A stretch of DNA of 64,000 bases, taken from Eledone cirrhosa (lineage: Eukaryota). The stretch covers positions 67,890,001 to 67,954,000 of the forward strand of contig OZ024741.1 in the NCBI GenBank assembly GCA_964016885.1. The letters run 5' to 3'. Below, in pieces: positions 40,907 to 55,800 of this stretch (positions within the stretch are counted from its first letter, which is position 1; every line of letters starts with the position of its first letter). Position numbers and translations under genes: made by a program. Below the pieces are notes generated by a model. That model had not been told where the DNA came from. It saw only the letters and a program-made list of their open reading frames with translations, and did no database searches.

Positions 40907-41862
40907 TCAGATTATGAGTTAGTTGAACACCAACACTCCAGTATGCAGGGTAGAGCACTCAACGACGTCCATCTCTGTTAACACCGGAGAAAATTTATAA
41001 ACAAGAGGTATAAGTCTACATTTCATAATTTACTTCTTTTAAAAGAAGTAAATTATGAAATGTAAACTTACACCTCTTGTTTATATATATATATATGTGT
41101 GTGTGTGTGTGCGCGCGTGCGTGTGTGTGCGCATGTATATATATATATATATAATTACCACAGTGACATAAACAGGTACTCAAGATTAGCGCAAGTAATT
41201 GGAATTGATAGTTATACATACAGGTTTTAAATTCAAAACTTCTAAACATCCTAAAACTAAAAAGCCTAGTTGAGGGCACAAATAAATTGCTACGGTCGTC
41301 CCTGAGTCAATACACAAACACGCACGCACACACACACAGAGGCACAGACACACCACATGCACAGATAATGATATGAAGTATTGTATTCCCATTAATGTAA
41401 ACATATATACTCACATATTCACAAAAATACATCACGCAAAAAACGCATGCAAAACATTTACACACATGGACAAGACTTAAAATGTCCTCATTAACGTAAA
41501 TATACATATGCTTACAAAACACATGCAGACACATACACATACACATACACCATATATACATACGGCGAAATGATCGAACACACCCTTGTAAACGTAACTA
41601 TACATAGAGACAACATTGATGTACGCCACATATAGAACACAAGCACACACTCAGAGCACATGAAAACAAATACACACCTCATGTTTACAAACATGCACAT
41701 ACATACACACATACATTCACATGCATGCATACATACAAACATACATACATTGATATATCCATGCATACATGCATACATACATGTATACATAGATGCATAC
41801 ATGCATACATACATACATACATACATACATACATACATACATACATACATACATACATACAT

Positions 41863-42424
41863 GGTGGTGGCTGCCAACTCGTTTTCGAGTACGGCCACTA
41901 CTTTATATCCATGTAGGAGAACCCCTACCGATGCGCTGAACGAGTGTGACTTTTTAGTCCAGCCAGCGACTTGAAAACTCTGGTACAAACACTACACGTG
42001 TGACAATTACTGACACATAGTGCTGGGCCCATGGTACCATGTGATGACAAGTGCAGAGAGATCTCCAGTTATAAAGCAATGCCTGTGCCGTGAAGCTTTT
42101 ATAGTGAGCAAAGGCACTGCACAAAGCCAGTCCCACTCTCTTAACCAAGATGATATTTACCAAAATGAAGAACAAGTCAACATCATTGGATACCATCAGG
42201 GTTGCAGGTGTTATATCAGAGTTTTCCTTCTCCTAGAATTCTGCATTGACAAAGGCTAAGAGGTCATCTCTCCCGGTGATTTTGGATGGCCATTGACTCT
42301 TAAGAGCTCCTTTGCTCTTTGACAGGTTTTGTTTTTAGTCCTGCAGGATGTCCAAAGTCACCCTCCTCACCAAGAAACCTTGGTGGGGTTGCCAGTTTAG
42401 TCGCCAACGACCCGACCATGAGAC
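41863..42424 (-). mobile_element. Non-autonomous RTE-like retroelement copy 2
   Basis: Colinear with 31661-32267 apart from scattered substitutions, and about 45 bp shorter at the putative 5' end. Flanked by (CATA)n on both sides. Confidence 0.65.
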
Positions 42425-42533
42425 ATACATACATACATACATGCTTACATTCATACACAAATACGTACATACATAAATATATGCATGCATGCATACATTC
42501 ATTTATACATACATACATACATACATACATACA

Positions 42534-43010
42534 TGATAATGGTTGTCCCCTCGTTATCGAGTATGGCCATTGCACGATATACCATTATTAATAATTATTA
42601 ATTAATTCTATCGTGCAAGCAAAGCCTGTGCGTGAAGATATTTTTTAAAGCCTGTGCACTGAGCCAATCCCACTCTCTGAGTGACAGTAGCTCTAACCCG
42701 AAAAGAAGAAAAGTTCAACATCATCGGTAACTACTGAGCAGCAGGTTTTAACGGAGTATCCCAGTTTCCTGAGTTGCCTTCTCCTAGAAGAGTGCCCTGA
42801 CAAAGGCTAGGGGTCCTTCACTCCCAGTGGTTTAACCACGCAGTACATGTGTATATACATATTTACACACTTTTGGATGGCCGTTGACTCTTATGAGTTC
42901 TTCCGCCCTTTGTCAGGTTTTGTTTTTTGCCCTGCAGGGTGTCCAAAATCCCCCTCCTCACCAGGTTGTACTGGGTTACATGTTACCAATAGCACTCAAG
43001 AGTGACCCGA
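42534..43010 (-). mobile_element. Diverged relative (copy 3) of the same non-autonomous element
   Basis: It shares ccttctcctagaa...gacaaaggctag, ttttggatggccgttgactctta and caggttgtactgg...acatgttacca...gtgaccc with copies 1 and 2. Flanked by CATA repeats. Confidence 0.55.
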
Positions 43011-43016
43011 CATACA

Positions 43017-43049
<33 letters not shown>

Positions 43050-44739
43050 GCAGCCATACATTCATTCATACATACATATACTCATAAAAATATATTACAT
43101 ACATGCATACATACACACAGACAGATAAATAGTCAGACAGACCGATAGATATATTAACTATAGTGTTTTAAAAGTACTGTTTGTTTTGTATGTGTTTTTG
43201 TTATTCTTTTCATTGTAATTCTATCACGTGTACGTGTCTGTCTTTTCCTTAATGTGTCCACATGACACAGTATACATGTATGTGTACGTGTTTATTACGC
43301 TATTTATTCATCATACATATATACAGGCACTATCTGCATGCGCCGTAATTGTTGTATTATTTTCTTTGTTTTTTCATCAAACGTTTCTCTTTGACATTTT
43401 CGGAAGATCTATAATTTAAGTGAATATTGATTGGGATACAGGACTAAATGAGGAATGCTAATTGCCTGGGAAACAGCACAGTGGTAGAATAGTAATAAGG
43501 AGAAAGAAAACATTTTACAAACCTTCTAGAAAATTACAAATATCTTACATTGGTTAGATTTTTAATTACTTTACATTTTGTCTTCAATGGGTTTCAAATA
43601 TATTCCCTGCAACATATGTTGCTGCAGCTGCCCTCGGTTGGTTTCGAAACAATAGTGGAACCCGAGAAGGATTTGATGGCAATTTGGCCGCTAGTGGTGG
43701 TGGACATCGTCATACTGTTGTTGCTGTTGTTGTCGTTGTAGCCGTTGTCGTTGTTGTCGTTGTCGTCGTTGTTATTGTTATGTTGTTGGCGGTAGTGGTG
43801 GTGGTGGTGGTGGTGGTGATGGTGGTGTTATTGATGATGGTGGTGGTGATGGTGGTGGTAGTGGTGATGGTGGTGGTAGTGGTGGTTGTGAGGATGGTGG
43901 TGGTGGTCGTCGTAACGATAGTGGTGATGATGGTTGTGATGGTCGTTGTGGTTGTGTTGGTGGTGGTAATTATGGGGGTGTTTGGTAGTGGTGGTAGTTG
44001 TCGTCGTTGTAATGATGGTGGTTGTTGTGGTGGTAATTATTGTGGTAGTGGTGGTGGTGGTTTTGACGGTGGTTGTTGTTTTGGTGGTCGTGGTTGTGAT
44101 GGCGGTAGTAGTTGTGATGGTGTCAGTAATTGTGGTGCTGGGAGGTGATGATAAGGGAGGAGGGTTGCAGGGTTGTCGTCATCGTTGAGTTGGCAATGAT
44201 GGTGGTCATCATCGTGTTGGTGGGGAGGGGCGGGGCTATGGTGGCGTTTTTGTATTCCTGGTTGTGGTGGTGGTGATAGTGATGATGGTTGTCTTATTTT
44301 GAGGTGATAGAAAGAATATTATTTTTTAGCGCGAAATAATAATCAAGTGTTGTTTTAACACCACTCTGTCACTTGAGATATTCTTTAATTCCACGCCTAT
44401 TTGGTCTTCCAATGCTTCGATGACTCTCCAATATCCATTGCACCAGATCATTTCTATTTTCTTTATAAAGTTCGTATTCCGTATGACTGTGAATCTCATG
44501 TAATCTTCGTTTTGACATTTTGTTCCATTTTTTCGCCATCATTTTTCCTTTTTTTTTCTGATACATTTCCCTATCACCATCCCCGGGTGTCTATTGCAAT
44601 CTATTTAAAAAACAAGTATAGATCCTCAAGATATCAAACCTAATTCGCTTACCGAGTGGATTGGAACTCATTCAATCGGACCAAGGACACAATGCTTCCA
44701 TTAGTCTTTCAATTGTTGATACTATCTACCGGTCGAAAC

Positions 44740-45300
44740 TCCTGGCAGAAAAAGGAACATGAAATAAAGTGTCCGGCATGATCTTATAGCAAAACAAATT
44801 CATCGTGAGTTGTGCAAAAATATACGACATACAAACGTAATGCCAGTGCTACCAACATATTTCTCTTGAATCCTGCCTATCAGTTGAGGGAGTAGAATTA
44901 TTTTGAGACCTCGAGATCAAGACCACAAACAATGGCCAACACAACCATCCTGATAGTGTTGGGAAAACAAACAACCCCACAAAATAGACTCTAATTGATA
45001 TTGCGATCCCTCAAGACAACAATGAGCCTGAAACTGAAAGGGAATAGATCAATAAATATGCGGACCTTACGGGCGCTATTAGAATTGATCACCTGGTAGA
45101 GACAGATGTCGAGCTAATCGTCATTGTTTATCAAACACCTTGGGATCCCCAACCTTGGGCCCAATGTCTACCACCACTTCCCAATATCTACCACCACTAG
45201 CACTGCCAGAATCCTACTCGATATATTGAGCCTCTGAGACCAGGGACTGATCTGAAGTCAAATAACATGCTTCACCTAGCATCTAATTACTAGAGAAAAA
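44740..45300 (+). mobile_element. Old, degenerate R4/Dong 3' fragment (RLE endonuclease domain)
   Basis: Manual translation gives RHDLIAKQIHRELCK (from 44774), VELF*DLEIKT...HNHPD...LIDIAIPQD...ERE*INKYADL and STARILLDILSL* (stop 45235-45237). These parallel RHDVMGRVIHWHLCK, VLWDFRIQTD...HNRPD...IVDVACPFD...EKINRYQDL and GTARTLRYVLNI* in copy B. Confidence 0.8.
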
Positions 45301-46053
45301 ATGATAATCCTTATTGTTATTGGCTAATGACGTCATACACACTCGCACATACATATATATATATGTGTGTGTGTGTGTAATATATATGTACATGTATATT
45401 TATATATATACATATATATTACATAAACATATATATTACATAAACATATATATTACATAAACATTCATGTAAATATACATTTATATTTATTAACGCTTCG
45501 TATTTTCTACCGCATTGTATCGGCATTTAAAAAAACCCGGAAAGAGAGAGAGAGGCAGAGGTCTTTCGTTTACACGTACACTCCATTATGGTCGTCAATC
45601 ATACTAAACATACACAGGCAATCACAAAGATACACTTAGGCATTGCTTCACTTAGGTATATCGACATATCGGTGCACAGGAAGAAACATGCACACGCACA
45701 CATTCCAGCAAATTCAACAAAATTTATAAAAGTTACCCAAAGGATAATTAAAATACACGGTTTTCGTTAAGTTGATTTTAACAAAGCAATTTCTGAAAAA
45801 CGTGTTTTGACATTTCTCTTCGCACGAATAACATTGAATTATAGAGAAGAAAAGGAGAACTAGTGGCTTATAATTAACGTAAAGGGAATAAAAAGGAATT
45901 GTAATTAAACATTTCGAAGGTTGGTTGAATGACAAAATGAAAAATTTACAAAAGAAAACATAGTTTTATTGATTCCTGTAACATGATGATATATGAATGG
46001 GTGGCATATAATGGAAAAGGAAAAAAGGGTTATTTATTAAATAATTGTTTCTA

Positions 46054-46267
46054 CAAGGGTCGGTTGAAAAGTACATTGGCTGAAAGGTTCATAGGCTTAC
46101 CAAGACATTCTCATGGAATGATTAAATGAGGTTTATTTATCAACATGGTCCCTGGAAAGAAACAATGCAGTTATTAAAAAGAAGAGTTGAAATTAATGCA
46201 TGGAAGATTTCACATCTCTAACTTCACTCATCCATAGTCAACCTATGGATCTTTCAGCCGACTCTTA
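46054..46267. mobile_element. Mariner-type MITE inserted into a SINE tail
   Basis: TA|caagggtcggttgaaaagtacattggct ... aacctatggatctttcagccgactctta|TA. The flanks rejoin to give the minus-strand SINE end aattgtttcta-attttggcaca. Confidence 0.65.
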
Positions 46268-48027
46268 TAATTTTGGCACAAAGGCAATAATTCGAAACGA
46301 AGGGGAAAGTCGATTATATCGACCTCAGTACTTGACTGGTACTTTATTTTATCGACCCTGGAGGTATGGAAAGCAAGGCCAACCATAGTGAGATTTGAAC
46401 TGAAAATATACAGCGATATAACTAAATGCCCGAAGATATTTTGTACGACTTCCTATCAATTCTGGCAAAATTTTCACATATTTATTTCTACCAAAGACGC
46501 AAGATCCGATTCTGCTAGACACCCGTGCCTATTGATGTTATTTATAATAGTAGTAATAATTTCTTTGATAACTATACATGTATGAAGTTGGCATCTAGTC
46601 AATTGTGTCTACCCCAGTATTTGACAGTAACTTTATTCTCTATGCTCTGGAAGATGTGACATAGTCAGTTTCAACATAGAGGTTTCAACACGAGAATGAA
46701 TGGCAAAGTTTGATCTCAGGTCAAAAAGAGTCGTAAAAAAATACAAGAAAACAGTTTATCCGACACTAACTATTCTGCCAATCTATCGTCCTCGTACAAC
46801 TATATAATGGTTTCTGATTTAGGTGCAAGGCCAACCATTTGAGGGGACCACAATAGGTTGTGATTTGAGAAAATTTGATTGCCGTTTCTAGGTGATGATT
46901 TGGAGGTAGAGGTCATAAATAGATGTCAATCTAATTTTGCATGTCTACGAAAGATTTCTAAGCTAAGCTAAGGTAGTCGAAAGAAACCTTTTTTTATTAT
47001 ATATTTATTTTATTTTAATGTTTTTTGGTGTTGTTATTTCTTCTCTTTTGGGGCGTCAAGTGTAACATTTAAATATATCGGTCCTAAGAAGGGCCAAGGA
47101 AGGGAACAACAATGCGGGCACTTGACCTGCTAGAAATATGTGCTAAATGCCTCAAATAAAGATCTACACTATTACAATTCATAGTCCTAGACGAAATGAT
47201 TACAGATTGAACGCCTTTAATCATGATCCTACTCAATAAAACTAGGTTCAAACAACAATGTATGTATGAAAGTGGCTGCAGTAATAACATCAATGTTCTT
47301 AAAGATGAGCCAACGAAAGTCTCTCTATGTGTTCGTTCACCTCTGCTAGAAATGTCAACAAAATTCCTCTCTAATTATGATTCCGGACCGGATGATGCGT
47401 TACGACCTTCAGCAAGACTAGATTTCACGTTGCTTTTTCTGCCAAGAGATGCGACAGATAGAAAGTACCAGCAATGGAATTATCAATGGAAACATTGTCT
47501 CCTTAGTCCGATTTAATAAGTTCCATCCCACGCTGTAAGTGACTAAGGTTTGGGATCTTATCGATCGTATTGATTGTTTTAGTGAATTATGATTTGTCAG
47601 CAATTTGGAGGAGGTGAAATTCGAAAAAGTTGACCTTAGTACATTACTGGTACTTTCTTTTGTTGACCCCTAACAGAGGAAAGGCAGAGTTGAGCTCAGC
47701 AAGAATTGAACGCAGACCATAAAGAGCCGGAACAAATACCACAAGGCATTTGTCCAGCACTCTAACGAATCTGCGATTACACTGACTTAAATCTCTTTCA
47801 AATTATAGTTTGCCATTTAATAACTAAAACACACAGTCGATAGATTATGTCTGAGACGGTCATGGCTTGAAAATCTTTGATCAAAGTTTTGTTCAACCAG
47901 AATGACCTGGGACTAAACAGTTATCACAACAATAACTTGATGGAATTAAGCAATAACATTGCGTCTCCATTTTGTACACCACTTCATACCTACTTCCGAT
48001 GGTTGCTGTTGATGTTGTTTAGACATG

Positions 48028-48139
<112 letters not shown>

Positions 48140-48140
48140 T

Positions 48141-50495
48141 ATTGTTATTGTTCTTTGAGTCTCAGTCATTGATGTTAGTTAACTGGAAAGTTTGTTGAAA
48201 TGAATATCAAGCCACTACCTGCAGCCTCAGATATTCAGGACGTATCGGAGGGTTCTTGCTGTTCCCAGCAAGCATGCCTTTTGAAGCGTTCCAAAAAGCG
48301 TGAAGGGGCCAATTTTCTTTAACCATCCCTGGAAACTTTTTGAGATAGTACCTAGTGCGCCTATGACAATCGGGACCACTTTGACTTCATGGCAGTTCCA
48401 AATCGTTTTTACCTCCCACTTTAAGTCCTGGTATCGGTTAATTTTCTCCCTCTCCTTCTCTTGCACTCTCGTGTCGAATGGGCAGGCCACATCCACAATC
48501 AGGCACGATCTTTTTTCTTTGTCCACAACCACCAGGTCAGGTCTATTGTGTTCCAGTTTCTTGTCCGTCTGTATCCTAAAATCCCACAGCACCTTCACCT
48601 GATCGTTTTCTATCACCGACTCTGGCTTATGCTCATACCACTTCTCAGAATGTGGTAAATTGTTTACTTTGCATAGGTGCCAGTGGATCACCCTGCCCAT
48701 CACATCATGTCTCCAGTCCTTATAGTGAGTCTGGGCTAGGTGTTTACACTCGGATACAATGTGAGCCACAGTCTCCTCTCTCTCTCCACAGATCATGCAC
48801 AGTGGGCTATCCTCCTCCTTGTAAATATGGTGTTTCAACCACTTCGTTTTGAGGGCCTGCTCTTGCGCAGCCATTAACATTCCTTCTGTAGCATTTTTAA
48901 GGTCTCCTCTTTTCAACCAGTTCCATGTCTGTGGATCTCTGAATTCAGTTTTCTCAAAGAAGGTACTATGAAGGGATTTTTCCTGAAGGCTGCTCTTTCT
49001 CCTTGATGTTATTTCCTCCTTGGACATCCCCTGGTCTATTGTCCTCTCCTTGAGTACAGTTATGAGCATTCGCTCCTTACTATCAGTCACGTATTTGTGT
49101 AGGTTGTTTTTCTCCATCTGAACACAGTTCTCTATGCTGATAAGACTTCTTCCACCTTCAGATCTCCCTAAGTAGAGTCTATCGACATCACTCCTCTTGT
49201 GGAACATGTTGTAGATAGTCAATAGCTTCCTAGTCTTCCTATCCATTTCTTTTTGTTCAGCAACATTCCATTTCAGAATTCCCGCACTGTACCTAATAAT
49301 AGACACAGCTCGGGAATTTACTGCACTTATGGCATTCCTACTGTTCAGATGTGACTTTAATACGCTCCTTACTCTCCGAATGTATTCAGATCTTATCAAT
49401 TCCTTCATTTTTTTGTTCTTGATGTCATCAGCCTCCAGAACACCCAAATACTTGTATCCTTCTTCAATGTCAATTTCCTTTATCATCTCACCTGTTTGTA
49501 CCTGGATTCCGTTGCTTCTGCTCAATTTACCCGTCTTCATCACAAGGACTCCACACTTACTAAATCCAAATTGCATACATATATCATTGCTGAAAATACG
49601 GACAGCGTCAACAAGCAGATTCAACTCCTTCTCACTCTTCCCAAAGAGCTTAAGATCGTCCATGAAGAGGAGGTGATTGATGGTAAGCCCTCCCTTTCCC
49701 AACCTGTATCCTGCTCTCACTTTTCGCAGTATACTGGTCAGGGGCATCAGAGCAAGGACAAACAACAGAGGGGACAGACTATCTCCCTGGAAGATACCTC
49801 TCTTGATCTTCACGCTTCCCAAGGATTCTCCAGCTGATGTTAACTCTGTTTCCCAGGACTTCATACTTTTGCCCAACAACTGTCTGATGTTATCTGCCAC
49901 CCTGAAGATCTCCAGGCTTTTGGTGATCCAAGAATGAGGCACCATGTCAAATGCCTTTTTGTATCTATCCATCCCATGGCAAGACCAGTGTGTCTCCTCT
50001 TGCAATTCCTCATTACCATCTTATCAATAAGTAACTGGTCCTTTGTACCACGGGACTTCTTTCGGCATCCTTTCTGTTCGTCCGGTAACAAGTTGTTTGT
50101 GTGGAGGTGATGGTAGATTTCCTCAGACATAATGCTTGTCAACAGTTTCCACATTACGGACAGACATGTGATAGGTCTATAGTTGGTAACATCATTACCC
50201 TTGATTCGGTCTTTCATTATCAGAACTGTGGTACCTTTTGTCAACCACTCTGGTACCTCACCTGACATCAAGCAGTCATTGAACATGGTTGTCAGTTTCG
50301 GGTGGAGGGATGTTATATTTTTAATCCAATACCCCTGCACACCATCTGGGCCTGGTGATCTCCAGTGGGTTAGTTTTTTGGCCTGCCCCTTAAGAGTTTC
50401 AACTGTGATACTCAAATCAGTTTGTTGGTGTGCCTGTTCACTAATCTCCTTCTGTACTGTCTCAATCCACACTGCCTGGTCATTATGTTTAACAT
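48141..50495 (-). mobile_element. R4/Dong-clade non-LTR retrotransposon copy A, 5'-truncated, one frameshift
   Basis: ORF pieces 49861-50472 and 48227-50005 encode RT (NYRPITCL, FQGDSLSPLLF, HLLFMDDLK), a CCHC finger (CMICGEREETVAHIVSEC), RHD and a restriction-like endonuclease (RPDLVV...IVDVACP...EKINRYQDL). A 1-bp deletion near 49963 relative to copy B breaks the frame. (TTA)n flanks both ends. Confidence 0.92.
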
Positions 50496-50730
50496 TATTA
50501 TTATTATTATTATTGAATGCTATGGTTGACGGAGGCTCGGCTCTGTAAGGTATTGTAAATTTTGAACGCTATAATAATTGTAAATTGTTTAAAACTTTAA
50601 CGAACTTGTAGACAAAAACACCCTCCTCCTCGTGAGAAGGGTCTTTCTGTCCGTTATTTGGCCCTTCGGGGTTAAATAACTGCTTATTGGGGTTTTGTGC
50701 CCAATATTTATTTTAAACAAAAAAAACAAC

Positions 50731-52824
50731 ATGGCTACGAAAAAGAATTTTCATACGTCACTCCCACTCATTCCGTCTTCTTCTTCCTCAATCATCACTA
50801 CAGCAGAGAGAAGATTGTCTCTCTCCCTCCCTTCTTTAAATGTGTCTCTCTCCCTCCCTTCTCTTTCGCAAGCGACGACAGAAAAGAAAAGTCTCGTGCA
50901 GAGCGTGCAAGATTTCTCCACGACGACAACAACGACGAAACAGGTGTGCGGGAAATACGAAAACCCATTTCATTCGTCTGACGTCAGGAATAATAGCAGT
51001 AGCAGCCGTAATAACAACAGCAACAGTGACAATGAAAACAACAGTAGCAGCCGCAACAGCATCACCAGCAGCATAAATAACAACAGCATTAGCAGCAGCA
51101 CACCAACAACAACCACAGCAACAGCGGCGGAGGCAGTAGTCGTAGTACCTGCAGCAATAACAAAAGTAACAGCAGCTCTGACGACGACAACAACAACAGC
51201 AGCAAAGAAAAACCAATCTCGTTTGCAGGTATCGCGAAGAACCTGGAAACAATCCTCATAACAAATGAGGAATTAGAGGAAGCGAAGAAGATGGTGACAA
51301 AGACTGGACACCGAGCAATCTGCAAGGCAGCGGGAAAATTTTTCGAAACCCAACAGCACTGTACGGTCACGTACCGTACAGTAAGTACAAAATCCCGTAG
51401 GGTTGAAAGAGCCACAGAGGCTCAAATACAAAAAGCCTTGGGGTCTGTGTGGCAGCGGAAAACGCACATCACCCGAGGCAAAAAATATGCCACCGTAGAC
51501 GTACTTTTTGCCACACCCCAGGAGGCAAAGGCTCAATCCGTAGTGACCCTAAGGAGCGAGGAAATGGTGTTGGTGCCCTCCTACTGCGGGCAAAAAATTG
51601 TGAGGGTCAAACTGACCCACGTCCCCCCCCGGGATGGCCCCTTCTTAGCTGGCCGCGTCTGTCCTCGTCGGAATCGAGGACAAAACAACTGTACTGCAAG
51701 TACAGAAAAAAGTAAGAGAAGATTGGGTCGGCACCTCCATTGAGATGTTAATCCAAACCAACCAGGAGTGCATCGAAGCTATCCCGGATGTGATAGACTT
51801 CGATAACGGCACTCAACTGCCCATAAGTGTTGAGTGCAAACGCCCGAAATGCTTTTGCTGTGGATCGAAGACTCACCTCAGGGCCTTCTGCAACGAGAAG
51901 ACCCTGAGAAAGGAGAAAACCCCCCTCCTTCCGAAACCGGCTCCACGGCTACCAGCAACAGGACAAGCGGCAACCAGGAACGATAGGTCCGTGGCACCCA
52001 TACCCACGGAAATCAAAAACAGCAGCAGCAGTGGAAATATTAACAACAACAACAGCAATACCAAATGCAGCTGCAACAGAGACTCCAGTGCAAACATCAC
52101 CAACAACAACAAGTGAAAGAGTGGAGCTGGTACCCCTCCCCGACCTCACAGAATCAGACATGGAGTGTGAGGTGGGAGAGGGATGGCAAAAGGTCGTAAG
52201 AAGGCACAAACGCAGAAGCAGCGCATCGTCGCCTTTGAAAAGGGAGGAAAGAAATAAGAAAAGGGTAAAGTCTACTGCAAAGAGACTCACACAGCAACAC
52301 CACCAACACCATCACCACCCACACTAGCACCACCATCACCACCGGCGAAAACCCCACCGCCAACAACACCTTCAACGCCACCACCACAAGCACCAACATC
52401 GCAAACACAACAACAAAACACACACACCCAGCAACAACGACAAGAAAATAGCAGAACCACACCCCACCCCCAGAAAAACAAATGCATGGCAATAAATACA
52501 CACAACAAGAAACTAATGACTTACATAATTGAACACACAGACATTTCACAACAGGACTACATAATACCAGCACCAATCAAAACGCCAACTAACATAAGAC
52601 TGCTAAAAATAGCACAGAAACAATACACAAACATTAAAACGAAATTCCCCAACGCAGTTGGTGATTTCAGGGACCTAGGAGGAACTATCAATCGAAGAGT
52701 ATATTCGGACATACTCATAGAAGAGCCGACAACCAGCGGAAGGGACGCTTCAACAGTCCCTTCACCAGACGATCAAGTGAAAAGGGATGTAAAAACCATC
52801 CCTCCTCTACCAAAAGTACGGTAA
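50731..52824 (+). pseudogene. Tx1 ORF1 (gag-like nucleic-acid-binding protein), disrupted by several frameshifts
   Basis: ATG at 50731 (MATKKNF). Fragments at 51291-51743, 51745-52116 (CFCCGSKTHLRAFC, a CX2CX4HX4C knuckle), 52031-52327 (GWQKVVRRHKRR) and 52486-52824 lie in different frames. The stop is 35 nt before the ORF2 ATG. Confidence 0.75.
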
Positions 52825-52859
52825 GTGGTCTTTCCCATCTTTTCCACTCTATTTTAAAC

Positions 52860-55800
52860 ATGACCTCACTCAGAATAGACAGCATAAATGTGCGTGGCTT
52901 GGGGTCGTCATGGAAGCAGGGTCACCTGCTCAACGACCTCAGGTCACTAAACATAGATGTAGTGGCCATCAGCGAGACCAGAATCTCCAAAGCACGGGCC
53001 TTCGCACCGATCTTCGGCGGCTACGATGTGTACGCATCTCCCAGCCGTCGTGGATCGGGGGGAGGAGTTGCTGTGCTTTTTCGGAGAGGTTTGGATCTCG
53101 CCATACGGTCCATCTTCCTGGACCCAGAGGGTAAGCTGGTGGTGCTGGACGTGACCAGCGGAGACGGGCAAGCTTTCAGGCTAGTGGCCGTCTATGCCCC
53201 GACAGGAGCAGGGCGGCCTGATTTCTTCCGGCGTCTGGAGACCTTTCTTGGAACGTCCCGCTCTTTAGTGTTAGTGGGCGACTGGAACGGGATCTTAGAT
53301 GCACGCTGGGACTGTGTGGGATTAGCGGATAGGGGTGGAGGGTGCAAGAGCCTCACCAACCTGCTCAGGCATTTTGAACTGTCTGACAGGTACCGATTGG
53401 ATTTCCCGAATGTGCCAATGTGGACTTGGAAAAATCGCATAGGGTCATCCAGATCATATCTAGATAGAGTATTTTGTAGGGAAATAGATAGGTCTAGCAT
53501 AGGCTGTCCACAATTCAAGATAGTCAGCTACACGGACCACAAATTCGTGATCTGTGTGCTTGACTTAGATAGGTTTCATAGACGAGGACCCGGCTACTGG
53601 AAGCTAAACGCGTCCTTACCAGCGCGCAAGGCCTACAGAGACCGGATTAGCAAACTAGTTAAGCGGGCGTTGACGGGGGCCATCGTCAACAACAAGTGGT
53701 GGTTTGCTCTGAAAAGAGCGATTAGAATAGAATCGATCAGGTTTAGTAAGGCTTTAGCAATAGAGAAAAATAGAGCAGAGGAGAACTAGTTAGAAAATTA
53801 GACGAGGCGCTTAGCAAAGGCATTGCGACCGACGTGCTTGCGGCGAAATTGGCCCTTGACCAATTGTTCAATGCAAAGCACGAAGGCTGCGTTGTCAGAG
53901 CAAGGGTGCGTGCTCTCAGACACGAGGGAACGAAAGCCGTTCAATGGGCCCGAGTGGCGGAGGCGCGTCGTGGCAACAAAGCCACGATCCGGTCTTTGGT
54001 GGACCACGACGGGCGCATGCTACTCGATCCCGGGCAAATGTGTGAAGCTTTTCAGCGACATTTCGCTCAGCTGTTCGGGGGCAGCGGTGGGCCGGGTCGA
54101 GGGATGGACTTTAGTATCTACCTCGACGGACTGCCGCGGCTCTCGGCCACTGAGGCGAAGTGTTGCGAAAAGCCGATAACAGCCGTTGAAGGAAGGGAGG
54201 CAATGACTGGCTGCATAAGGGGTAAATCGCCTGGTTTTGATGGTCTGCCCTATGAACTTTACGTACAGATGCCAGACTTGTTCGGAGGCCTCTTGGCGGA
54301 CGTCTTCTGCAACTGGCAACAGAACGGGAGAATTCCCGGTTCTGTGAGCCGAGGAGCGGTGGCACTGCTGAGAAAGGATCCGAACAAGGGGGATAACATA
54401 GAAAATTTCCGGCCCATAACTCTGCTAAACACAGAGTTTAAGATTTTGGCCAAGGTGCTAGCAAAGAGGTTGGCGCTTGTCGTTGGTGGTCTGGTGGGAG
54501 AGGCGCAGACATGCGCCATTCCCGACAGATCCATCCACGACAACCTCCACCTCATGCGATACATCGTAGAGAGGGTAGCTAGGGAACCTGGCACGGGTGG
54601 GTCCTTGATCAATTTAGATCAGTCGAAAGCTTTCGATAGGGTCGACCATCGTTACCTAGCGGCAGTCCTGAGGGCGGCTGGCTTTGGGCCCGTCTTCAGA
54701 GGCTGGATCGCTGCCATGCACAGCGACATCTGCTCTGTGGTGAGAGTGAACGGTCACCTTTCGGAACCGTTCAACATCATGCGCTCGGTCCGCCAAGGAT
54801 GTCCCCTCTCGTCCCTCTTGTACGTATTGACTCTCGAGCCATTACTGCACAAACTGGAGACGTTGAGGGGCGTCCCGCGTGAACTAGGATGCGGAAGATC
54901 CGTGTCAGCATATGCGGACGATGTCACCGTAGTGGTGTCGAACGCCAAACACATCGAGGCGATCGGCACTACACTAAGAGAATACGAAGCGGTTACAAGA
55001 GCAATGATCAACCAGTTAAAGTCACTGGGCCTGCAGCTCGGCACCTGGAGAGGCAGGTCCATGCCGTCCAACAGCGTCGTCGGACGCTGGACGGACGGAC
55101 CGGTTCAGTTGCTAGGGGTCTGGTTCGGTCCGGACCTCCAGACGGACAAAAACTGGGACGAGGTGACGAGCAGGGTGGCTTCTCTCACCCAGAAATGGGC
55201 GGAGAGGAAGCTATCCCTGAAAGGTCGAGCGGAGGTGGCTAACGCGTACATCGCGTCTGTCATCTGCTACCGCCTGACCGTCGTACCTTGTCCTAAGCCT
55301 CGCCTGACTGCGCTGGAGCGTTTGCTCTTTCGCTTTTTGTGGAAGGGACGTGCTCCGATGGTCAGGCGGTCCATCTGTTGTCAACACCCGCTACTTGGAG
55401 GGCTGGGCAGGCCGTGGCTGATGATGCGCAGGCACGCGCTCAGGCTACGACATCTCCACCTCTTCCTCGACGGTGATCAGGTGTGGTCGCCGTTTGCTAG
55501 ACGCGTATTTCCCCAGCTTGTTTCCTTGACGGAGCTGCAGTCCTGGGTCAAGCGAAGACCGAGAGGGAGCGCCTGGAGATTGGAATGTCTTCAGGCGCTC
55601 ACAGCCCTCGACCAATCGGGCAATGTGATCGGTGGAAACTCCACCTCGGCGTTCTATAGAGGATTAGTGGAGGGGAAGAGCGACGACGTACTTGGGGAAA
55701 CTCTAGGCGTCGACGAAAATCAACTAGCCAATCTCTTCGGAAGAACTTTCGGGCCAGGGCCTATGGACAACTTCCAGAAATCTCTGGCCTGGCAGTGCTA

